A stretch of DNA of 30,079 bases from Eledone cirrhosa (Eukaryota): NCBI GenBank assembly GCA_964016885.1, contig CAXHJY010000932.1, positions 1-30,079 of the forward strand, read 5' to 3'. A program made the translations under genes and the position numbers. Below, in pieces: positions 18,701 through 30,079 of this stretch (the first letter of the stretch is position 1; the number at the start of each line of letters is the position of its first letter). Under the pieces are notes generated by a model. The model searched no databases. It was not told where the DNA came from and saw only the letters and a list, made by a program, of their open reading frames with translations.

Positions 18701-19370
18701 GTAGATTAGAGAGAAACGAAGCCTGCATGCTCCGATGGATGTGTAACAGTAATATACGTGAACGACAAAGCATAAATGAATTGAGAGAGAGACTGAGCAT
18801 AAGAGGAATCAAATGCTGCGTGCAGGAGAGGCGGTTACGCTGGTATGGACATGTGATGCGTATGAAGGATGACAGCTGCATAAAAAGGTGCAGAGCACTA
18901 GAAGTTGATGGAAACCGCGGAGTGGGGAGACCCAAGATGACTTGGGATGAGGTGATAAAAGCCGACCTTACCCAACTACACCTCTCAAAGTCAATGACAC
19001 ACGACCGTGACTTCTGGCGTCACGCAGTAATACAGGGTACCCGACCTCCCATGGGTACATGCTGAAGCATATAAACAATATGCCCCCCCCCCCTCCACCG
19101 CAAGGTGGCCGTGGAGGTGCCACGGCAAAAAAGCACCCAGCCCACACTGTAAAGTGGACGTGTAGGCGCCACGAAAAAGCACCCAGCACTCACTGTAAAT
19201 GAGGTTGGTGTTAGGAAGGGCATCCAGCTGTAGAAATCAAGCCAGATCAGTTCCTGTATGAGCAAGGCATGGTCAGCCGACCAGACACTGCCCACAACAG
19301 GACAACCCGTCTAACCCATGCTAGCGTGGAAGAACGGACGTAAAACGGTGATGATGATGATGATGATGAT
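15706..19370 (+). mobile_element. RTE-clade LINE with intact ORF; 5' boundary uncertain (may extend to 14684)
   Basis: Single APE-RT ORF, ~285-bp 3' UTR ending in a stem-loop, and (ATG)n tail at 19349-19370. Confidence 0.9.
15946..19065 (+). CDS. RTE retrotransposon polyprotein: APE endonuclease, reverse transcriptase and PHD-type zinc finger (1039 aa)
   Basis: APE motifs GTINVG, VQETRW, SAYAPQ, AGDFNGHVG, QLDFIL and SQH. RT motifs NYRGIKL, QFGF, FVDLEKAFD, GVHQGSVLSPLLF, LLYADDL and YLG. RTE-typical [11 protein letters not shown] and GRPKMTW. No internal stops. Confidence 0.96.
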   Translation: MNLRATKHPREAPTQRPSPTSVDKCPKLRVGTINVGSMKGRAGEIVEMLERKEVDVCCVQETRWRGGSARVLVGKSQCYKFFWVGNDDGMGGVGILLADKWVDKVISVYRVNARIIKLRLVLNKTITTIISAYAPQSGLPDELKDRFYESLIHTTALTDDKDFLIIAGDFNGHVGKHCDGFNRVHGGHGVGTRNEEGFRLLEFCDANDMSICNTNFKKPDNHLITYRSGEHSSQLDFILIRGRDRWTVVNTKAFPSEECTSQHSLVVSDLTVRTRRALKQRPTWRRKIWKLKVPSTSNRFKDILLNAYDSKEEQIETFNVEENWEFLKNNLLEATDEVCGWSKTSSRRRVTWWWNNKVDEAVKAKRQAWKEWKNGGSRVHYIETKREARRQVYLARREAEDRKFKHVLQREDQKQEVFKIARQCVRDSCDVIGEKCIRNDKGELALTSAEKKDAWKSHYDRLLNEENAWEEETLPHVDPIEGPAVQVSGSVVSKAIRDMKIGKATGPSGIAAEMLKASGSVGHTITTRIVNQVILEGAIPKDWCSSIIVNCYKGKGDALDRGNYRGIKLMDQVMKVTERVIAQLIRDRVNIDEMQFGFVPGKGTTDALFLVRQLQEKYLAKSKPLYLAFVDLEKAFDRVPRAVIWWALRKLGVDEWLVKAVQAMYRGAVSKVRIGNEYSEEFSVQVGVHQGSVLSPLLFIIVLQAITEEFKTGCPWELLYADDLALIAESMVELENKFQTWKQGLERKGLKVNMTKTKVLISRRENRTQIPSGKWPCSVCRKGVGRNSILCPKCKQWVHKRCSGISGSLIKNVGFTCSSCAETASKQPQETSTTNLWEGPVETVDSFCYLGDRISNGGGCSESTITRVRTGWKKFRELLPLLAAKGFSLRMKGRLYDACIRTAMLHGSETWALKVEDLRRLERNEACMLRWMCNSNIRERQSINELRERLSIRGIKCCVQERRLRWYGHVMRMKDDSCIKRCRALEVDGNRGVGRPKMTWDEVIKADLTQLHLSKSMTHDRDFWRHAVIQGTRPPMGTC

Positions 19371-19373
19371 ATG

Positions 19374-19404
<31 letters not shown>

Positions 19405-19628
19405 GTATATGTATATATATATATGTATATGTATATATATATGTATGTATATATGTATATATATATATATGTATGTATGTATGTATATATGTATATATAT
19501 ATGTATGTATATATGTATATATATATGTATGTATATATGTATATATATATGTATGTATATATATATGTATGTATATATGTATATATATATATATATATAT
19601 GTATGTATATATGTATATATATATGTAT
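19371..19628. repeat. (TA)n/(TATG)n microsatellite
   Basis: Direct inspection. Confidence 0.98.
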
Positions 19629-20237
19629 GTCAGGTCACCACTTGGTGCTACTGGTAACATGTATCCCAGTACAACCTGTCTCATGGTCGGGTCGTTGGCG
19701 ACTAAACTGGCAACCCCACTAAGGTTTCTTGGTGAGGAGGGTGACTTTGGACATCCTGCAGGACTAAAAACAAAACCTGTCAAAGGGCAAAGGAGCTCTT
19801 AAGAGTCAATGGCCATCCAAAATCACCGGGAGAGATGACCCCTTAGCCTTTGTCAAGGCAGAATTCTAGGAGAAGGAAAACTCTGATATAACACCTGCAA
19901 CCCTGATGGTATCCAATGATGTTGACTTGTTCTTCTTTTTGGTAAATATCATCTTGGTTAAGAGAGTGGGACTGGCTTTGTGCAGTGCCTTTGCTCACTA
20001 TAAAAGCTTCACGGCACAGGCATTGCTTTATATCTGGAGATCTCTCTGCATTTGTCGTCACATGGTACCATGGGCCCAGCACTATGTGTCAATAATTGTC
20101 ACAAGTGTAGTGTTTGTACCAGAGCTTTCAAGTCGCTGGCTGGACTAAAAAGTCACACTCGTTCAGCGCATCGGTAGGGGTTCTCCTACATGGATATAAA
20201 GTAGTGGCCGTACTCGAAAACGAGTTGGCAGCCACCA
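19629..20237 (+). mobile_element. Non-autonomous ~610-bp retroelement, copy 2 (complete)
   Basis: Runs from GTCAGGTCAC to GTGGCCGTACTCGAAAACGAGTTGGCAGCCACCA; flanked on both sides by TA repeat. Confidence 0.88.
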
Positions 20238-22344
<2,107 letters not shown>

Positions 22345-22600
22345 CTTTCTTTTTATCTCTCTTTTCTCTTTTTTTTTGACCGGCCACCTTCCTGGTGGCA
22401 AGGTTGTAAAAGAAAAGAAATTGTCATCCCTTGAATCGCAAGAATGTTTTGCAAATTTTGAAGGTGCCAGCTATCGCAGCCATTTGTAGACTATGAATTA
22501 GGGAGCTGCGCTTTTTGTCCGCAAATCCAAGTTCAGTCATACTTTGGTCCAAGCGGGTTGGTATATAACCCGTAGCACCAATAATGATGGGTATGAAGCT
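22345..22600 (-). mobile_element. 3' fragment of an R4/Dong-like non-LTR retrotransposon (restriction-like endonuclease C-terminus, 3' UTR, A-rich tail)
   Basis: Minus 22600-22424 translates without stops to [58 protein letters not shown], fitting the RLE C-terminal pattern P-h-h-h-G-A-x-G..L..LG..LQ..GT..I..FL. It is followed by a GCCACC/GGTGGC hairpin and an A/G-rich tail. Confidence 0.78.
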
Positions 22601-22741
22601 ATATGTATGTATATATATATGTATGTATATATATATGTATGTATATATGTATGTATGTATATATATATATATATATATGTAAGTATATATGTATATATAT
22701 ATATATGTAAGTATATATGTATATATATATATGTATGTATG

Positions 22742-22779
<38 letters not shown>

Positions 22780-23408
22780 AGTATATATGTATATATATAT
22801 ATGTAAGTATATATGTATATATATATATATGTAAGTATATATGTATATATATATATATGTAAGTATATATGTATATATATATATATATATATATGTAAGT
22901 ATATATGTATATATATATATATATGTATGTATGTATATATATATATATGTATGTATATATATATGTATGTATATATATATGTATGTATATATATATGTAT
23001 GTATATGTATGTATATATATATATATATGTATGTATATATATATGTATGTATATGTATGTATATATATATATATGTATGTATATATATATATATGTATGT
23101 ATATATATATATATGTATGTATATATATATATATATATATGTATGTATATATATATATATGTATGTATATATATATATGTATGTATGTATATATATATAT
23201 ATGTATGTATATATATATATATATATGTATGTATATATATATATATATATGTATGTATATATATATATATGTATGTATATATATATATATGTATGTATGT
23301 ATATATATATATATATGTATGTATATATATATATATGTATGTATATATATATATATGTATGTATATATATATATATATATATGTATGTATATATATATAT
23401 ATATGTAT

Positions 23409-23507
<99 letters not shown>

Positions 23508-23523
23508 TGTATATGTATGTATG

Positions 23524-23587
<64 letters not shown>

Positions 23588-23591
23588 TATG

Positions 23592-23645
<54 letters not shown>

Positions 23646-23957
23646 TATGTATATATGTATGTATATATGTATGTATATATGTATATATATATATATATGT
23701 ATGTATATATGTGTATGTATATATGTGTATGTATATATATATGTATGTATATATGTATATATATATATATATATATGTATGTATATATGTGTATGTATAT
23801 ATGTATATATATATATGTATATATGTGTATATATGTATATATGTGTATACTATATATGTATGTATATATGTATATATATATATATGTGTATATATATATG
23901 TATGTATATATGTATATATATATATATATGTATATATATATGTATGTATATATGTAT

Positions 23958-23988
<31 letters not shown>

Positions 23989-24067
23989 TATATGTGTATA
24001 TATATATGTATGTATATATGTATGTATATATGTATATATATATATATATGTATATATATATGTATGT
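22601..24067. repeat. (TA)n/(TATG)n microsatellite with local GTAAGTA variants
   Basis: Direct inspection. Confidence 0.98.
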
Positions 24068-25152
24068 AGGCTAACTAAGAACATAGATTTTACATGTGGC
24101 CGGTGCTCTGGTGCAATAAGTAGCAGCAAGTGCCCACAAACTACTAGCTCTTTCAATTGCGCAGAGGGTTCTATAGAAATAGTGGACAGCTTCCGTTACC
24201 TGGGCGATAAAATCAGCAGTGGGGGAGGGTGCTCTGAAAGTACTGTAGCTAGAGTCAGAACTGGTTGGAAAAAGTTCAGAGAGCTTATACCACTATTAGC
24301 TGCTAAAGGGTTCTCACTAAAAATGAAAGGCAGGTTGTACGATGCCTGCATACGAACAGCAATGCTGCATGGCAGTGAGACCTGGGCATTGTGTGCAGAG
24401 GATATACGCAGACTAGAGAGGAACGAAGCTTGCATGCTCCGCTGGATGTGTAACAGTAATATACGTGAACGGCAAAGCATAAACGAACTAAGGAATAAAT
24501 TAGAGATAAGAGGGATCAGATGTTGTTTACTCGAGAGAAGGCTACGTTGGTATGGACACGTGATGCGCATGAAAGTCGATAGCTGTATAACAAAGTGCAG
24601 GGCAATAAAGATAGACGGTAGTCACGGAATAGGCAGACCTAGAAAAACCTGGGACGAGCTGATAAACTCCGACATCACACACTTACACCTCTCCAAGACA
24701 ATGTCACTGGACCGAGACCTTTGGCGGTACTCAGTAACAGAGAAGACCCGCCTTACCTAAATATATAGTAAAACCTACTCCAGCCAGTAGGCATCTCTAA
24801 CAAATACACCCCGTCCCACCACCCCCACCCGATCCACACCACCCCGTTCTATGTAAAGTTATGTTGGTGCCGCGCCATCGAGGCCGAAACAAATGAGATC
24901 GTGTAGGTGTCACGACAAAAAAACACACAGTCCACGCTGTAATGTGGCCGTGTAGGCAACACGGTAAAAACCTCCCAGACCCACACTGTAAATGTGGTTG
25001 GTGTTAGGAAGGGCATCCAACTGTAGAAAACCTGCCAGACAGTCCTATGCGAGCAAGACAATCACTCTTGCCTCAAGTGGGACTACCCCCGTCCAAACCC
25101 ATGCAAGCGTGGAACACGGACGTTAAACGTTGATGATGATGATGATGATGAT
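24068..25152 (+). mobile_element. 5'-truncated RTE LINE (sister family); open frame to the stop at 24760, then 3' UTR and (ATG)n tail
   Basis: [13 protein letters not shown]...[12 protein letters not shown]...[12 protein letters not shown]...GRPRKTW closely matches the C-terminus of ORF 15946..19065. Tail at 25131-25152. Confidence 0.94.
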
Positions 25153-25547
25153 ATGTATATATATATGTATGTATATATGTATATATATATATATATGTAT
25201 ATATATATGTAAGTATATATGTATATATATATATATATGTATATATATATGTATGTATATATGTATATATATATATGTATGTATATATGTATATATATAT
25301 ATGTATGTATATATATATATGTATGTATATATGTATATATATATATATGTATGTATATAAATATATGTATGTGTATATGTATGTATATAAATATATGTAT
25401 GTGTATATGTATATATATATGTATGTATATAAGTATATGTATATATATATATATGTATATATGTATATGTATATATATATGTATGTATATATGTATATAT
25501 ATATATATGTATGTATATATGTATATATATATATGTATGTATATATG

Positions 25548-25578
<31 letters not shown>

Positions 25579-25776
25579 GTATGTATATATGTATATATAT
25601 ATATATATGTATATATGTATATGTATATATGTATGTATATATGTATGTATATATGTATGTATATATGTATGTATATATGTATGTATGTATGTATATATGT
25701 ATATGTATGTATATATATATATATGTATATGTATGTATATATATATATATATATGTATATATTATGTATATATTAT
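25153..25776. repeat. (TA)n/(TATG)n microsatellite
   Basis: Direct inspection. Confidence 0.98.
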
Positions 25777-26386
25777 GTCAGGTCACCAGTTGGTGCTACT
25801 GGTAACATGTATCCCAGTACAACCTGTCCCATGGTCGGGTCGTTGGCGACTAAACTGGCAACCCCACCAAGGTTTCCTGGTGAGGAGGGTGACTTTGGAC
25901 ATCCTGCAGGACTAAAAACAAAACCTGTCAAAGGGCAAAGGGGCTCTTAAGAGTCAATGGCCATCCAAAATCACTGGGAGAGATGACCCCTTAGCCTCTG
26001 TCAAGGCAGAATTCTAGGAGAAAGAAAACTCTGATATAACACCTGCAACTCTGATGGTATCCAATGATGTTGACTTGTTCTTCTTTTTGGTAAATATCAT
26101 CTTGGTTAAGAGAGTGGGACTGGCTTTGTGCAGTGCCTTTGCTCACTTTAAAAGCTTCACGGCACAGGCATTGCTTTATATCTGGAGATCTCTCTACACT
26201 TGTCGTCACATGGTACCATCGGTCCAGCACTATGTATCAATAATTGTCACAAGTGTAGTGTTTGTACCAGAGTTTTCAAGTCGCTGGCTGGACTAAAAAG
26301 TCACACTCGTTCAGCGCATTGGTGGGGGTTCTCCTACATGGATATAAAGTAGTGGCCGTACTCGAAAACGAAGTTGGCAGCCACCA
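25777..26386 (+). mobile_element. Non-autonomous ~610-bp retroelement, copy 3 (complete)
   Basis: Near-identical to copy 2. C2H2 finger remnant [22 protein letters not shown] at 26254-26319. Confidence 0.88.
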
Positions 26387-26397
26387 TATATATATGT

Positions 26398-26798
26398 ATC
26401 ATCATCATCATCAACGTTTAACGTCCGTGTTCCACGCTTGCATGGGTTTGGACGGGGGTAGTCCCACTTGAGGCAAGAGTGATTGTCTTGCTCGCATAGG
26501 ACTGTCTGGCAGGTTTTCTACAGTTGGATGCCCTTCCTAACACCAACCACATTTACAGTGTGGGTCTGGGAGGTTTTTACCGTGTTGCCTACACGGCCAC
26601 ATTACAGCGTGGACTGTGTGTTTTTTTTGTCGTGACACCTACACGATCTCATTTGTTTCGGCCTCGATGGCGCGGCACCAACATAACTTTACATAGAACG
26701 GGGTGGTGTGGATCGGGTGGGGGTGGTGGGACGGGGTGTATTTGTTAGAGATGCCTACTGCTGGAGTAGGTTTTACTATATATTTAGGTAAGGCGGGT
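26398..26798 (-). mobile_element. RTE 3' UTR-only copy, inverted and near-identical to 24746-25150
   Basis: Starts with (CAT)n. Its reverse complement matches 24746-25150, with only about two 1-nt indels seen by eye. Confidence 0.93.
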
Positions 26799-26822
26799 AT
26801 ATGTATATAATATATATATATG

Positions 26823-26853
<31 letters not shown>

Positions 26854-26870
26854 GTATGTATATATGTATA

Positions 26871-27975
26871 TATATGAAATATAAGAATGAAAGAACTGCT
26901 CAAAACATTATTGTGCTTACAGCTGTTTCCTCCAAACTACTCTATAGTTAATACACTTTATGCTTTAAACATTTTTTTGGAGGATGCGCATCACCATAGA
27001 GATTAGGGTCTACATTGTGACACATTTTAATAGCTAGGTATAGAAACCCCGGAGTTACCTCCCCGCATGCATTAACTCCCCTTAGCCACACACACACTTC
27101 CGGGTGGTATTCAATGGCGTTTCTCGAAACGTAACAGCCTCCTGTATTGAACTAAAGAACACCAGACTACGATCTCTAACTGGATTGTCTAACGCTCAAT
27201 ATCGAATTGTCGTGGATTATGTGAGGGGCATATAATCGAAAAATACACTCCCCTGACCATGAAAATGTCGAAGTACATGAAATACTTGACATCCCTTCGC
27301 TGTGCATCTCCAATACTTTTAACACTTTTAATGCTTGCACTATTTTTAATGCTTATAACATTTCTCCCACACAGACTATATCAATCATATAAAGAATTTG
27401 CCACCAGATCTACCAACCTAACACTCTTGTTTACCTACCTAAGTGCCTCTACCACACGTATCTCTCTGCCACACTATATAAACAAGACGCACATGCGTGC
27501 CACACATATAACATTTGCACTATATAACCGCTTATCTTCATGTTGTATTTTAACCTGTATTTTTGATTTTTGATTGTACCTCTTAATATAAATGTAATCT
27601 CTAGGTGTGTACTGCCACTCTAAATTCTGTAATGAATGTTGACCCACAATGTTTGAATATGTATCGGTATGTCTCTCGGCTGAAAAGGAGGTCGTATAAC
27701 TGTCCATGCATTAATAAATTGCTCCGAAGAATCCAAATCTCGGTTTGGAGGAAAACAGCTGTAAGCACAATAATGTTTTGAGCAGTTCTTTGATTCTTAT
27801 ATTTCATATAACTGCTCTGTAAATCATCTGATGTTTTTACATTGAGCTACTTAACTTACTGGTAATAAGGTAGTAATACATTACTGCCTACCACTATTTA
27901 GGGTGTATGTAAAAATACTTATAACTGCATAAGGTTTTGTATTTACATAACCATAAATAGTATAACTAATACTAT
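26871..27975 (+). mobile_element. Probable non-autonomous Penelope-like element with an inverted partial terminal repeat
   Basis: 26871-26937 is an inverted copy of 27743-27810 (1 mismatch, 1 indel). The repeat includes half of a hammerhead motif. No recognisable coding sequence; the right boundary is uncertain. Confidence 0.55.
27709..27775 (+). ncRNA. Variant type I hammerhead ribozyme motif (Penelope-type)
   Basis: Stem I TGCT/AGCA plus distal CATTA/TAATG; core CCGAAGA (U4C variant); stem II TCCAAA-tctcgg-TTTGGA; GAAA(A)C-AGCT-GTA with palindromic ACAGCTGT. The inverted copy at ~26917-26928 has the canonical GAAAC. Confidence 0.6.
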
Positions 27976-28162
27976 GTATATATATATATATGTATGTATA
28001 TATGTATATATATATGTATGTGTATAATATATGTATGTATATATATATATATATATGTATGTATAAATATATATGTATGTATATAAAGTATATAATATAT
28101 ATATATGTATATATGTATGTATATATGTATATATGATATGTATATATGTATGTATATATGTA

Positions 28163-28196
<34 letters not shown>

Positions 28197-28252
28197 TATA
28201 TGTATAGATATATATTATATATGTATATATATATATATGTATATATGTAGTG

Positions 28253-28285
<33 letters not shown>

Positions 28286-28470
28286 GTATATTATGTATGT
28301 ATATATGTATGTATATATGTATGTATATATATATATATATGTATGTATATATGTATGTATGTATAATATAATATATGTATGTATATATGTAGTATATATA
28401 TGTATATATGTATGTATATATATATATATGTATATATGTATGTATATATATATATATGTATATATGTATG

Positions 28471-28502
<32 letters not shown>

Positions 28503-28584
28503 TATATATATATATGTATATATGTATGTATATATATATATATGTATATATGTATGTATATATATATATATGTATATATGTATG

Positions 28585-28615
<31 letters not shown>

Positions 28616-28870
28616 TATATATTATATATATATGTATATATGTATGTATGTATATATATATGTGTATGTATATATGTATATATATATATGTATGTATATA
28701 TATATATATGTATGTATATATGTGTAATGTATATATGTATATATATGTATGTATATATGTATTATATATATATATATGTATGTATATATGTATATATATA
28801 TATATATGTATGTATATATGTATATATATATATATATGTATGTATATATATATATATGTATGTATATATG

Positions 28871-28923
<53 letters not shown>

Positions 28924-29097
28924 TATATATATGTATATATATATGTATATATATATATATGTATATATATATGTATATATATATATATGTATGTATATAT
29001 GTATGTATGTATATATATGTATGTATATAATGTATATATATATGTATGTATATATATGTAGTATATATGTATGTATGTATATATGTATGTATATATG

Positions 29098-29128
<31 letters not shown>

Positions 29129-29197
29129 GTATGTATATATGTATGTATGTATATATATGTATGTATATATGTATATATATATGTATGTATATATATG

Positions 29198-29232
<35 letters not shown>

Positions 29233-30079
29233 GTATGTATGTATATATATGTATGTATATATGTATATATATATGTATGTATATATGTATATATATATAT
29301 GTATGTATATATATATGTGTATTTATATATATGTATGTATATATATATATATATATATGTATGTATATATGTTTATATATATATGTTATATATGTATATG
29401 TATATATGTGTATATATATATATATGTATGTATATATGTATATATATATGTATGTATGTATATATGTATGTATATATGTATATATATATATTATATATGT
29501 ATGTATTTATATATATATGTATGTATTTATATATATATGTATGTATGTATATATGTATGTATTTATATATATGTATGTATGTATATATATATGTATGTAT
29601 ATATGTATATATATATGTATGTATATATGTATATATATATGTATTTATATATGTATGTATATATGTATGTATATATGTATATATATGTATGTATATATGT
29701 ATATATATATGTATGTATATATATATATATGTATGTATATATTATATTATATATGTATGTATATATTTATATATATATGTATGTATATATTTATATATAT
29801 ATGTATGTATATATTTATATATATATGTATGTATATATTTATATATATATGTATGTATATATTTATATATATATATATGTATGTATATTATTTATATTTT
29901 ATGTATGTATATATTTATATATATATGTATGTATATATTTATATATATATGTATGTATATATTTATATATATATGTATGTATATATGTATATATATATGT
30001 ATGTATATATGTATATATATATGTATATATGCGTATATATATATATATGTATATATGCATATGTATGTATATATGTATG
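27976..30079. repeat. (TA)n/(TATG)n microsatellite to the window end
   Basis: Direct inspection; TTTA variants appear near the end. Confidence 0.98.

Noticed and set aside
16386-19295. Antisense ORFs over the RTE (e.g. 17820..18449, 18489..18935)
   Set aside because: Shadow frames of the real + strand ORF.
25777-25900. Canonical HDV-like or twister ribozyme, or a tRNA-derived SINE head
   Set aside because: Does not fit consensus P3/L3/P1.1, twister core or A/B boxes; kept only as a speculative structured RNA.
27259-27807. ORFs 27259..27573 (+), 27474..27707 (-) and 27601..27807 (-)
   Set aside because: Short, with no recognisable motifs (no GIY-YIG or transposase signature); likely chance.

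Overview
This is eukaryotic, repeat-dense genomic DNA with no host gene. Roughly two-thirds of the window is interrupted (TA)n/(TATG)n microsatellite, so most ORFs in the track (Y/I/M/C/V/H/T-rich) are artefacts. The non-microsatellite islands are almost all retroelement-derived: (i) an RTE-clade LINE with an intact 1039-aa APE-RT ORF carrying a C4HC3 PHD-type finger inside the RT C-terminal region, plus three 5'-truncated relatives, all with (ATG)n tails; (ii) a frameshifted CR1/L2-group LINE in two pieces that overlap by 162 bp; (iii) a 3' fragment of an R4/Dong-type restriction-like-endonuclease retrotransposon missed by the ORF track; (iv) three copies of a ~610-bp non-autonomous element with a precise structured 5' end, a remnant C2H2 zinc finger and a 3' stem-loop; (v) two Penelope-type minimal hammerhead ribozyme motifs; (vi) a nested 511/98/25-bp tandem repeat directly upstream of the intact LINE. 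The RTE 3' ends resemble octopus/cephalopod repeats as I recall them (inference, not searched). Best candidate for something new: a community of (TA)n-resident retroelements, notably the PHD-bearing RTE and the bipartite 610-bp element. Novelty cannot be established without database searches.
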